Source of the DNA: Promethearchaeota archaeon
GTDB taxonomy: Archaea > Asgardarchaeota > Lokiarchaeia > Sigyniarchaeales > SOKP01
Reading direction: 5' to 3'
Length of the DNA stretch: 54,807 nucleotides
NCBI GenBank assembly: GCA_048941015.1
Contig: JBHLNZ010000015.1
Span: forward strand, 1-54,807
Below are positions 39,752 to 49,307 of the stretch, in pieces. Each line of letters starts with the position of its first letter. Within the stretch, counting starts at the first letter, position 1. A program made the translations under genes and the position numbers. Under the pieces are notes generated by a model. That model ran no database searches. It worked only from the letters and a program-made list of their open reading frames with translations, and was not told the origin of the DNA.

Positions 39752-40231
39752 ATGGAAAAAAGTCATAATGTCAAAAAACAAATAGTTCTATACTTCTTAT
39801 TTGCTATTTGTATGATAATTTTGAATTACTTAATTCAAAAAGTTAATCAGCTCTTAATCGCACCATTTATCTGTGAAAATTTTGGAGAAAATTATTTGAT
39901 TTCTATTCTCTATTGCTCAATAAATCCTTATAATATGCCTGAACTAATGGGTTCTATTTTTGCTGTTGGAATAACTTATATTATTAAATTTTTCTTAGAT
40001 AAGTTTATAGTTTTTCAAAAGAAAGATAAGCAATTGAAAGAGACTTCTAAAGAATTCTTGAAATATTTTGGTTTTGCAATCCTAACCACTATAGAAAATA
40101 TAGCGATTCAATTTTTACTAACTAACTTTTTAAATTTTCGATTAGAACTTAGTTTTAGCGTCGCACTCTCAATAGGATATATTACAAAATTTTTTTTGGA
40201 CAGAAGATATGTTTTTCATATTTCTTACTAA
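39752..40231 (+). CDS. GtrA-family membrane protein
   Basis: KFFLDKFIVF, EFLKYFGFAILTT, GYITKFFLDRRYVF. Confidence 0.8.
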   Translation: MEKSHNVKKQIVLYFLFAICMIILNYLIQKVNQLLIAPFICENFGENYLISILYCSINPYNMPELMGSIFAVGITYIIKFFLDKFIVFQKKDKQLKETSKEFLKYFGFAILTTIENIAIQFLLTNFLNFRLELSFSVALSIGYITKFFLDRRYVFHISY

Positions 40232-40379
40232 ATTATATGAAAAACATTATTAATGTTATAATCTATCTTTGAAGAAAATCATTTACGTACTGATTTAGGT
40301 AATTATCTTTATTTTTACAATAATTAAATATAAATAATAAGTAGAAAAATTTAATAGAACAAAAAGTGTTTTTAATAAT

Positions 40380-41678
40380 ATGCCGGAAGAACGTGAGCAT
40401 CACAAAGATGAAGATGAATCAATAGTAGAAGCACTTTCAAGTCTAGGTTGGGTTGAAGAAAAAGAAACCGAAGAAGAACGCCCCGATAAGGAAGAAGTTA
40501 ACCTCCAAGAGCAATTAAATTTTTTCATTGAAGAAAATAAAAAATTAACGACTGAAATCAAAACTATTCAAGAAGAAAAAGATGATTTTAAACAAAAATT
40601 TAATGAACTGGTTAAAGAGAAGGAAAAACTCGGTGAAACCCTTGAAAAAAACAGTGATACTATCGATAATTTGTTACAATCAATTGTACAAAAAGATACT
40701 AAAATTAAAGATTTAGAAGCAGAAAACAAGATCTTATTAGATAATACTAAAAGTCAAGATCTTGAAGTTGAAAGGATTCCTGAATTAAATCAAGCATTAG
40801 AAACTAAGGACCAAGAAATTAATTCCCTAAAATCTCAAATAGATAATTTAACAAAGCAATTCGAAGAGATTGACCACGCAAATAACGAAAAAATTGAAAT
40901 CTTACAAAATCAAAAATTAGAAATTGATAACTTAAGTACTATTATAAACGAACAGGTTCAAAAAATTCAGGAACTTAATTCTCAAATCGAAAGCTTTAAA
41001 TCTAAACGGGAAGATACTGAAGAATTGGTTAAAAAGTTACAAGAAAAAGAAGATAAAATAAAAGAGCAAATGGAACAGATTCAATATTTAGAAAATGATA
41101 CAATACAGAAATCAAAATTTGAAAAAGTTCAATTATTAGCTGAAAAAAAAGATGAAATCATTACAGAAAAAGAAAAAACTATCTTTAATATGGAAAACAC
41201 ATTAAAGGGCGCTAATGAAAAAATAAAAGAAATGCAACAACAGCTTGAAACATTTAGTCTACTCAAAAAAGATCGAGAGAAAAAAGAAGAACGTATAAAA
41301 GAACTTGTGCTAGAAGTTGAAAAATTAAATCAAAAAGCAAAAACAAATGAAGATTTTATAGCAAGATTACAAAAGAACTTAGAAGAGTCTCAAGAAAAAT
41401 CCGGAAATATTACGGGAAAATTTGAATTAGAAATTGCTAATATAAGGAATCTAATTGATGAAAAGAACGCTGAGATAAAGGATATGAAAGAAAATGAGAC
41501 ACAATTAAAAAATAAATTATATGAAGCTGAACAAATTGAAGATAGAATCCTAACTGAATTACAGAAAGTAAAGGATGAAAATATAAAACATGAATCTGAA
41601 ATTGAAAAGAAAGAAAATGAACTAGTTGATCTAAAGAAGAAAATTAAAATAATGCGAAGGGATATGAAAAAAACCTGA
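40380..41678 (+). CDS. Long coiled-coil protein
   Basis: E/K/Q-rich heptad pattern over ~390 aa; no globular motif recognised. Confidence 0.8.
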   Translation: MPEEREHHKDEDESIVEALSSLGWVEEKETEEERPDKEEVNLQEQLNFFIEENKKLTTEIKTIQEEKDDFKQKFNELVKEKEKLGETLEKNSDTIDNLLQSIVQKDTKIKDLEAENKILLDNTKSQDLEVERIPELNQALETKDQEINSLKSQIDNLTKQFEEIDHANNEKIEILQNQKLEIDNLSTIINEQVQKIQELNSQIESFKSKREDTEELVKKLQEKEDKIKEQMEQIQYLENDTIQKSKFEKVQLLAEKKDEIITEKEKTIFNMENTLKGANEKIKEMQQQLETFSLLKKDREKKEERIKELVLEVEKLNQKAKTNEDFIARLQKNLEESQEKSGNITGKFELEIANIRNLIDEKNAEIKDMKENETQLKNKLYEAEQIEDRILTELQKVKDENIKHESEIEKKENELVDLKKKIKIMRRDMKKT

Positions 41679-41688
41679 TTTTTTGTAT

Positions 41689-42333
41689 TTACCTTTCGTT
41701 TAAAAAATATAAAACTTTGTTTGAAGCTCTTTGCTTTGTAATTACATTAAATTGTTCTAATTCTTTTAAATATTTACTGGTTGTATTTATATGCATATTT
41801 AATTCTTCAGAAAGTTGGGTCTTGGGGATTCCAATATTATTTTGTTTAAGATAATTAATAATTTTTTGACTTTTCTCCTTTGAAGTCAAGTAGAATAATT
41901 CAATGTCCTTGAAATCTTTATTTGCATCAAAATAAATTTCATGTTTCCCTACAATTTCTTTTAGTATGAATTTAAATTTTAAAAGTATATTGAGATGCCA
42001 GACTACAACATGATTACTAATTTGTAATTTCCTTACAATGTGATTAAAATAGATACCTGGGTATTTTAAAATAAATTCATATATCTTTTTCCGTTTTTCA
42101 TTATCCAAAATTTTACTTCTTATTAATTTTGAGCCTTCTAATACATAATTTTTTTCAATTAAAGATTTTAAAATTGTCTCTATCCCCTTATAATTGAGAT
42201 TTAATGAGGATCTTCTAATTCTTGATTGGATATAAGGGATAATTTCATCGATTTTGAATTCTCGGTTCTTATTTAGATAGTCTTCAATAATATTTAATAC
42301 AAGTGCTTCTTGTTCCTGAAGTTCTATTAACAT
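41689..42333 (-). CDS. Soluble multi-wHTH transcription regulator, homologous to the cytoplasmic part of 3247-4500
   Basis: ILDNEKRKKIYEFILKYPGIYFNHI...VVWHLNIL; second HTH TQLSEELNMHINTTSKYLKELE; extra N-terminal helical domain. Confidence 0.85.
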   Translation of the reverse strand: MLIELQEQEALVLNIIEDYLNKNREFKIDEIIPYIQSRIRRSSLNLNYKGIETILKSLIEKNYVLEGSKLIRSKILDNEKRKKIYEFILKYPGIYFNHIVRKLQISNHVVVWHLNILLKFKFILKEIVGKHEIYFDANKDFKDIELFYLTSKEKSQKIINYLKQNNIGIPKTQLSEELNMHINTTSKYLKELEQFNVITKQRASNKVLYFLNER

Positions 42334-42369
42334 AAAATACCAAAGCCCAATTTACTTCTTAGATAATCA

Positions 42370-43662
42370 TTAATTTTTAAATTTTGTTCTTTCAATCATT
42401 TCTTTGAGGATAGCCTTTCTTTCAGCTGGTGTTAGGTTAAGCATTTCTTTTATAAAATTTTCCTTTTCAGAATTGTCCCATTTAAAAAGATTTACTTGTT
42501 CAATAAATTCTTTTGATATTGCTGTAAAATTTTTATTTCTTAGGTTCGCAAGTTCATCTATAGAGTTCTTATCCTCAACATTTTGATTTTTCTTTTTCTT
42601 AACAAACTTATTATTATTATCAAGAAAGATAGTCGAAAAGATAGCTTCCCTATAATGATACAATGCATATCCAACGCTAATACTAATAGTGCTAATAACC
42701 GCTATTAAAATTATTAGAAGCCAAGGAAATTGTGGGGAAAATGACTTAATAGCATTTGGTATTCCAACTTTAGGATCATGATAGATAGAGTTTCCTCGAG
42801 GATAGTTTAAGTACAATTTCTGATCGTTTTCATTGTCATCGTCTACTTCGATTTTACTTTCAGCAATTTTTTTCGAAATTCCATCGATCGAAGCATTTTT
42901 ATTCCATGTAAATATACCTTCAAAAGTGTTGCTTACTGTTAAGACGCCCTTCTCATTACTTGCATAACCATTTTTTTCATCTTCTGTGTCCTCCACTTCA
43001 ACAAAATCTCCACTAGTTTCTAATTTGATATATAAAGCAAGTTGAGAACTACTATTCAAATAATTGAAATTATTAATTTCAATGTCAGTTTTGGCAATAG
43101 TGGGTAATATTAACGTATTATTAACGAAATCAAACTCTTCTAAAACATAAAAGTGTGTAGTAAAAACACCATCAGTAGTGTTAACAATAAAATGATGCAC
43201 AGACGTATCTTCTGAAATACTATATCTGTAATAGATCAATTGATCGAAACTGTTCAAATCAAATTCTTGTATTAATTGATCGGATGTAGAATCGTATACT
43301 CCATTAGTATCATTATCTATATACTCAATAAGCTTCTTAAATGTAAAACTAAATTCTATTTCAAATTCACTTTCACCCTCACTTCTATAATCAGATTCAT
43401 ATGAAGTTTGAAAATTCAGGCCATCATTATCATATCTAATTCTCATTTCAATTTCATCAATGGTATCTCCATGTCTTAAGAAAGATTCTATTTCTGTTTC
43501 ATTAGTTTTAAAGTCAATATCGATATTCCTTTCATTCAGTTCTTCAAAGTCATCATCTATACCATCACCATCTGAATCAGATGCTACTACAAACACGAAG
43601 TTAAAGCTGAAAAAGATACTTGAAAAGAGAATAATTGCTAGAAATAACCTAAATCTTTTCAC
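42370..43662 (-). CDS. Acidic surface protein with TM helix and ~95-aa cytoplasmic tail (paralog of 43813-44835)
   Basis: Signal peptide, DSDGDGIDD, LNYPRGNSIYHDPKVG, TM, tail ending EMLNLTPAERKAILKEM. Confidence 0.8.
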   Translation of the reverse strand: MKRFRLFLAIILFSSIFFSFNFVFVVASDSDGDGIDDDFEELNERNIDIDFKTNETEIESFLRHGDTIDEIEMRIRYDNDGLNFQTSYESDYRSEGESEFEIEFSFTFKKLIEYIDNDTNGVYDSTSDQLIQEFDLNSFDQLIYYRYSISEDTSVHHFIVNTTDGVFTTHFYVLEEFDFVNNTLILPTIAKTDIEINNFNYLNSSSQLALYIKLETSGDFVEVEDTEDEKNGYASNEKGVLTVSNTFEGIFTWNKNASIDGISKKIAESKIEVDDDNENDQKLYLNYPRGNSIYHDPKVGIPNAIKSFSPQFPWLLIILIAVISTISISVGYALYHYREAIFSTIFLDNNNKFVKKKKNQNVEDKNSIDELANLRNKNFTAISKEFIEQVNLFKWDNSEKENFIKEMLNLTPAERKAILKEMIERTKFKN

Positions 43663-43782
43663 ACAGCTTACCTCATTTTAAAGTTCTTCTTTTAAAATTT
43701 TAAATTTTTTTCATATAATTTATAAGAAGATTTTCTGGGCTCTATCATAAGGATTTGATTAATACTATTTTGATATTCATTT

Positions 43783-43792
43783 AAAAAAAAAA
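43783..43792 (-). terminator. Oligo-T tract between the two paralogs
   Basis: T10 on the minus strand ~20 nt after the 43813 stop. Confidence 0.35.
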
Positions 43793-43812
43793 TTATTTAA
43801 TAAAATTTTGAA

Positions 43813-44835
43813 TTATGAAATTCTCTTTTTTCTACGAACTAAGACTATTGCGACTGCTACTCCTACTATTGCTATCGCACCAATAACAAGAATTACTGGA
43901 ATCCATGGAAAACCTGATCCTAGAAGAGAAATTCCTACTTTAGGATCATGATAAATATGAGTTCCTCTAGGATAGTTTAAGTATAATTTCTGCTCATTTT
44001 CATCATCATCATCTATTTGTATTGCACTTGATAATACATTTTCTTGTAAACCATCAACCATTGCTAATTCGTTCCATGCGAAAATTCCGGCATAATTGAG
44101 ATTCCTCGTCATTACTCCATCTTCATTTGATGCATAACCATCTTTTTCATCTTCAGTTTCATTTTCATCTTCATATTCTATACCTGATTCTAATTTAGTA
44201 TATAACGCAAGTTGAGATGTATCATTTAAGTAATTGAAATTCTTCATTTCAATATCAATTTTAGTCTGAGTAGGCGTAATTAATGTATTATTCACTATAT
44301 CAAATTCTTCTACGAGAAAGATATGAGCTGTAAAAACTCCATCTGTAGTATTTACTATAAAGTAATGTAAAACTGTGTCTCCAGCGATGCTAGAATTTGT
44401 ATAAATCAAAGGTTGAAAGCTATTTAAAGCAACTTCTTGTATTTTATCGTCAGTTGATGGGTCATAAATTCCATTCCCGTTTAAATCAACGAATTCAATG
44501 AGCTTTCTAAATGTAACTCCAAATTCTATCTCAAACTCAGTCGAATTTTCAGATGAGTACTCTGATTCATAACTAACCTCAACTTCAAGACCTTCACTTT
44601 CATACTTAATTTTGAATTCAATTGAGTCCTTAGTCTTACCATTACGTAGAATTGAATTAATCTGAAATTCATTAGCAGAAAATTCAATTTCAATGTTTCG
44701 TTTTTCAGATTCTTCTAAATCATCATCTATACCATCATTATCATCATCACTAGCTGCCACATTACCCACGTTCATAGTAAAAATCAATAATCCCAATAAA
44801 AAAATTCCTAATAAATATTGTCTTTCTTTTTTCAT
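43813..44835 (-). CDS. Acidic membrane-anchored surface protein with Ca-binding-like motifs
   Basis: Signal peptide, DDDNDGIDD, DLNGNGIYD, LNYPRGTHIYHDPKVG, TM, RRKKR end. Confidence 0.8.
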   Translation of the reverse strand: MKKERQYLLGIFLLGLLIFTMNVGNVAASDDDNDGIDDDLEESEKRNIEIEFSANEFQINSILRNGKTKDSIEFKIKYESEGLEVEVSYESEYSSENSTEFEIEFGVTFRKLIEFVDLNGNGIYDPSTDDKIQEVALNSFQPLIYTNSSIAGDTVLHYFIVNTTDGVFTAHIFLVEEFDIVNNTLITPTQTKIDIEMKNFNYLNDTSQLALYTKLESGIEYEDENETEDEKDGYASNEDGVMTRNLNYAGIFAWNELAMVDGLQENVLSSAIQIDDDDENEQKLYLNYPRGTHIYHDPKVGISLLGSGFPWIPVILVIGAIAIVGVAVAIVLVRRKKRIS

Positions 44836-45136
44836 TATAATATCAACTCCAGAGATAAATTTTTTGTAGATAAAATAATAATCCCATTTAACTAATTGTT
44901 CGTTGATTATATAAAAGAATCTGGTAAAAAATTGAACTATTTAATCTACTTAAGTATCTTTTAAATAAATAGTCAATCCTATTTTCTTATTCTGCTTTCA
45001 AATATGGTTATATCAAGTTAAAAGTTCTAAATTTGCACATAAAATAAGATAGAGGCATCTAAAACTAAATTAAAAATAGTTATTAAAAAAAGATAAAAAA
45101 AAGATAAAAAATAACAAATTACAAATTTAAATTACT

Positions 45137-46153
45137 TCATTTTTCTCTCCACTCTATTCCACACTCGCCGCAACGATATTTCTTTCCGTACATCCGTGGA
45201 TAATCCATAATAATATTACTTTTATCAACACTTTCATGAATTAACATTTTATTTTCATTACCACATTTTGGACATCTTCTCCGTCCCTCTCCTTTCTCAA
45301 TGGTTAGTATTGAATCGTCACTACGTCCCGGAATCCCTGGTCCTGCACTTGAGGCACTCGCAGCTTTTATTTCAGCTATATCGGCTTTTATTTCTTCAGG
45401 AGAAATATCCATTACCTTTGATTTAAATTCTGGTTGGATCTCTGCCACAGCTCTGTCTGCGTCTGTTTCAGGTTCTAATACTGATTCTGCTCTTAATTGT
45501 ACTGCATCAGATTCTTTATAATCTACTCCTTTTTCTATAGCAGTAAGAAATTCGGTATCATCACCTTCTTCAAAAATAGTCTCATTTTGAAGTCCCGAAC
45601 GGTCGGCATCAATTTGTCTGGCCCATTGACCTGCTTTTACTTTTTCTTTAACATTACATTCTCTTCCTTGCCATATGTATACTTTATTACCTAAATCAGC
45701 GATATAACAATCTTCAGTATCTAAGGAATCTTTAGAAAAAGGAACTTGAATCATTTTCATAGCATTGATCCCTTCAAATTCTTCTGAAGAAACTCGATAT
45801 AAGATATTTTGCCATTCTGAGAATCCTGCCCAATCACCTGTTGATACATCTTTTAATAAGGTTTTCGCAATATTTTTTTCTACAATCTTCATTGCACCCA
45901 TGATACTTAATACTTTTAAAAAACCTGCAGGTTCTTGCCCTTCATCAACAGTAATTATTTTTGCTGCTCCACCTCGTTGTTGATCCAAAGTTCTTGCTTG
46001 TGCGGCCCCCGCAGTTTTTTCATCAACACTACATTTACTTCCTATCCAAACATAAATTGTTTTCTCATCATCAACGAGATATACATCTCCTGTTGAAAAA
46101 ATTGGCTTATTGATTTCTTTTAAATCGCCTTGATCCACCATTAAAAGTTTCAT
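45137..46153 (-). CDS. Two-domain gelsolin with C-terminal Zn ribbon
   Basis: GDVYLVDDEKTIYVWIGSKCSVDEK...DEGQEPAGF; LDTEDCYIADLGNKVYIWQGRECNVKEK; CPKC...CGEC. Confidence 0.92.
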   Translation of the reverse strand: MKLLMVDQGDLKEINKPIFSTGDVYLVDDEKTIYVWIGSKCSVDEKTAGAAQARTLDQQRGGAAKIITVDEGQEPAGFLKVLSIMGAMKIVEKNIAKTLLKDVSTGDWAGFSEWQNILYRVSSEEFEGINAMKMIQVPFSKDSLDTEDCYIADLGNKVYIWQGRECNVKEKVKAGQWARQIDADRSGLQNETIFEEGDDTEFLTAIEKGVDYKESDAVQLRAESVLEPETDADRAVAEIQPEFKSKVMDISPEEIKADIAEIKAASASSAGPGIPGRSDDSILTIEKGEGRRRCPKCGNENKMLIHESVDKSNIIMDYPRMYGKKYRCGECGIEWREK

Positions 46154-46263
46154 ATCAATTTCCTCAATTTTTAATTTTTGCTATTCAAATTATTTTTAAT
46201 AAAAAGATAGTCTTCTTCTTTATATTTCTTTAGAAATAATATGGAAAAAATATTCAATTTATA

Positions 46264-47646
46264 TTAGTAGTCGTTTAATGCAAGTTTAATACGATTCACC
46301 ATTTCCGCAATTTGATGAATATCTATAGAAGAATAAGCAATTCTTATTCCATTTATGTTTTCCTGATCATTTTCAATAGGAATTACACCAACTTTATATT
46401 CTTTTAATAAGCATTCAGCAAATTCTGTTGCCTTAATCTTATCAGAGCTTAAATTTAAAAATATAAAGAATCCTCCAGAATTGGGATCAATTGATATATT
46501 AGGACTAACTATTTTTCTTAATTCCAAATTAAATTTTTCAAATCTCTTTTTAAGTAGATTTTTAACGGCTTCTCGTTCTTTAATAATTTTTTCCATTCCT
46601 TTTTCTTTAAAGATTTTTAAAGTGATTGCTTGATAAAAGTGATTACAATTAGATATTGTACTTCTTATCATCCCTGAAAGTTTATTATCTAATTCGGTCT
46701 TTAATTGCTCCAATTCTTCCAAATTATTAACCCAAGATGGCTTTAATCCCATTGTCATAAATCCAATTCGACCTCCATACATTAAAAGTTCCTTTGTGAT
46801 TCCATCTAATTTCAAAGGAATAATATCTTCCCTTAATTGTTGGAAATCATAAAAAATTGACCTATTAATTACACTCTCAGAATATGTATACGGTTCATAA
46901 GCATCATCGATCAATATAATTATTGGTTTATTAATTCTTTTTTGCAATGAGACTAAGGATTTAACAAATTGATTTGCTTCTTTCCAAGTTGGAATAAACC
47001 CGGTAGGATTATTAGGAAAACCTAATAATATTACTACTTTTTCTTGGGTTTTTGAAACTTCTAAAATAGATTTTTCTAATCCTTCAAAATTAAATTTATT
47101 ATCAAGCAAAAATTCAAACGAATAAATTTTAGCTCCTAAAAACCTTTCGATTATATTATCATAATTTTCCCATCTTTTATTTGGACAAATTACATATTCT
47201 CCAGGATTCAGAAACATAGCGCAACTTAAAAAAATAGCACTTGTAACTCCTGAAGTAATTATTGGAATCGAAGTAAAATTCATCAGATGATCGATTTTAT
47301 CTTTGTCAATTTGCTCTTTAAAGTTTGATTTCTTAATAATCCACTCTTTCCATATTGATCTTAAATCTTGTAAACCAGTAATCGAGGCATATGGAACCAA
47401 ATCATTAATTTTTAAATTTTTAATATAATTTTTGATATCTCCCAAATAACAGGGAAGCCATTCAGAAGTTCCATGATTGATAAAATCTTTTTCAAATGCA
47501 TAAGCAGTGCCAATCGTTCCAATAAAATCTGCTTCTTTTTTTGCTCTTCCAGACCAATAGAAGATCCCTTCTGGTAGATAAATTCTTTTTCCTAACTCAG
47601 AAAAACAATTATAAAGAGGAGTTTTTTTAAGTATAGTAAAATTCAT
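46264..47646 (-). CDS. Aminotransferase class I/II (PLP)
   Basis: FPNNPTG, DDAY, DGITKELLMYGGRIGF. Confidence 0.9.
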   Translation of the reverse strand: MNFTILKKTPLYNCFSELGKRIYLPEGIFYWSGRAKKEADFIGTIGTAYAFEKDFINHGTSEWLPCYLGDIKNYIKNLKINDLVPYASITGLQDLRSIWKEWIIKKSNFKEQIDKDKIDHLMNFTSIPIITSGVTSAIFLSCAMFLNPGEYVICPNKRWENYDNIIERFLGAKIYSFEFLLDNKFNFEGLEKSILEVSKTQEKVVILLGFPNNPTGFIPTWKEANQFVKSLVSLQKRINKPIIILIDDAYEPYTYSESVINRSIFYDFQQLREDIIPLKLDGITKELLMYGGRIGFMTMGLKPSWVNNLEELEQLKTELDNKLSGMIRSTISNCNHFYQAITLKIFKEKGMEKIIKEREAVKNLLKKRFEKFNLELRKIVSPNISIDPNSGGFFIFLNLSSDKIKATEFAECLLKEYKVGVIPIENDQENINGIRIAYSSIDIHQIAEMVNRIKLALNDY

Positions 47647-47728
47647 TATAACATTACTCCATTAATTTTCTTAACTAAAAATTATCCATAAAATAAATAT
47701 TTAAGTATCCTAAAATTAATAAAAAACT

Positions 47729-48355
47729 ATGAATGAGAATAATAATTCTAAAGAACCTGATCAAGAACTGAGTATTTCTTCAGATAAAGAAATTATAAAA
47801 GAAAACGTAATACTAAAAGGCTGGAATGATTTTGTGTCGAGTATATCTGAAGGGTTTAAAAAATTTCAAAAAAGTGTTGAAAATCAATCTAAAGAGAATT
47901 CCGAATTATGGAATGAAAATAAAGAGAAATTGGTTTCGTTTTTTACTAAAACTAAAGAACTTTGGGAAAATAATTTAAATGAATGGAATAAAGAATTACT
48001 GGATTTGCAATCTGAAAGTCAAGAACAATGGAATCAGAATAAAGAAAAAATAGATAGATTTTTTAAAGACACAAAACAAGAATGGGATAATAAATTAAAA
48101 AAATGGACATTAGATATTCAGCAAAAACAAATTGAAACAAAAGAACAATGGGAAGAGAGGAAGCAAAAGATTAGTGAAGATCTTAAAAATTGGCAAGACA
48201 AAACGCGCAGAGATTGGGAAAAAGGATTAAAATCATGGCGTAAAGAAATGATAAAAGGCTCCTATATGTTTTTAGTTTTTATGATACCAATTTTAGTAGT
48301 GTTTTTTGTTATAGTATGGTTAATAAATTGGCTATTAGGAGGCCTTAGAGGGTAA
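47729..48355 (+). CDS. Tail-anchored Trp-rich helical repeat protein
   Basis: Three ~40-aa W-periodic repeats and a C-terminal TM helix. Confidence 0.75.
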   Translation: MNENNNSKEPDQELSISSDKEIIKENVILKGWNDFVSSISEGFKKFQKSVENQSKENSELWNENKEKLVSFFTKTKELWENNLNEWNKELLDLQSESQEQWNQNKEKIDRFFKDTKQEWDNKLKKWTLDIQQKQIETKEQWEERKQKISEDLKNWQDKTRRDWEKGLKSWRKEMIKGSYMFLVFMIPILVVFFVIVWLINWLLGGLRG

Positions 48356-48386
48356 ATTTCATCCAATTATTAACTTTTTCATCAAA

Positions 48387-49046
48387 ATGTTCGAAATATT
48401 TATATTATCTTTCATAGTAGCATTGTCAGGTGCACTATCCCCCGGACCTTTACTTACATTTACAATATATAAATCTCTAAAGCAAAAAAAAGGATATTTA
48501 GCAGGATTATACATAGTATTAGGTCATGCTACTATAGAGTTAATTTTAATACTTGCATTACTAGCTGGTGCCTCTTATTTCTTCCAAAACCTCGTGATAC
48601 TCACTTTGATAGGCGTTGTAGGTGGTTGTTTTCTATTAATATTCGGCTTATTTATTATTAGAGACGTCTTAAATCAGAACTTCAACATCAATTTCAATCC
48701 CACAAATAATGATCTGAAAGGATATAAAGGAAATAGTTTCATAGGAGGTATTATCGTTAGCCTTTCTAATCCTTTCTGGGAATTCTGGTGGGCGGTTATT
48801 GGTCTAGGTTTCATGCTTTCTTTTAATATTAGTTTTGAGAATCCCTTAGGGATTTTATTATTCTTTTTAGGACATGAATTGGGAGATATTGTATGGTATT
48901 TGCCGATTTCAACATTTGTATCGCTAGGAGGCAAATCCCTTAATCCAAAAATCTATAAATATATTTTAATAATATGCGGAATTTTCATGATTATTTTTGG
49001 CATATATTTAATGATTAACATTATTTTTAACCCTCCTTCCCTGTAA
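48387..49046 (+). CDS. LysE-family translocator
   Basis: SGALSPGPL, GHATIE, SLSNPFWEFWW. Confidence 0.9.
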   Translation: MFEIFILSFIVALSGALSPGPLLTFTIYKSLKQKKGYLAGLYIVLGHATIELILILALLAGASYFFQNLVILTLIGVVGGCFLLIFGLFIIRDVLNQNFNINFNPTNNDLKGYKGNSFIGGIIVSLSNPFWEFWWAVIGLGFMLSFNISFENPLGILLFFLGHELGDIVWYLPISTFVSLGGKSLNPKIYKYILIICGIFMIIFGIYLMINIIFNPPSL

Positions 49047-49307
49047 ATTTACATAATTTATTAAATATATCTTAAGGAAACTTAATCATTCCAATCCTCT
49101 AAATAATAACGATTTATATTGAGAAATATCCAAGTATCACACAAATATTATAATCACATATATTTTTCTAACAGTAGTATGAAATAATAAAGAATATTAA
49201 TATTCAATTTGGAAAAAGTACATTTATTCTACTCAAATTGGTTTTTATAACTGAAAATCAAATCATCATTGAAAGATTTACATATAAAAATTAGATAAAA
49301 GATCATT

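Noticed and set aside
40380-41678. Possible SMC/Rad50 or intermediate-filament protein
   Set aside because: No Walker motifs, hinge or hook; only generic coiled coil is supported.
45085-45128. Short tandem repeats (AAAAAAGAT x2, ACAAATT x2)
   Set aside because: Low complexity; adequately explained as the T-rich terminator region of the gelsolin gene.
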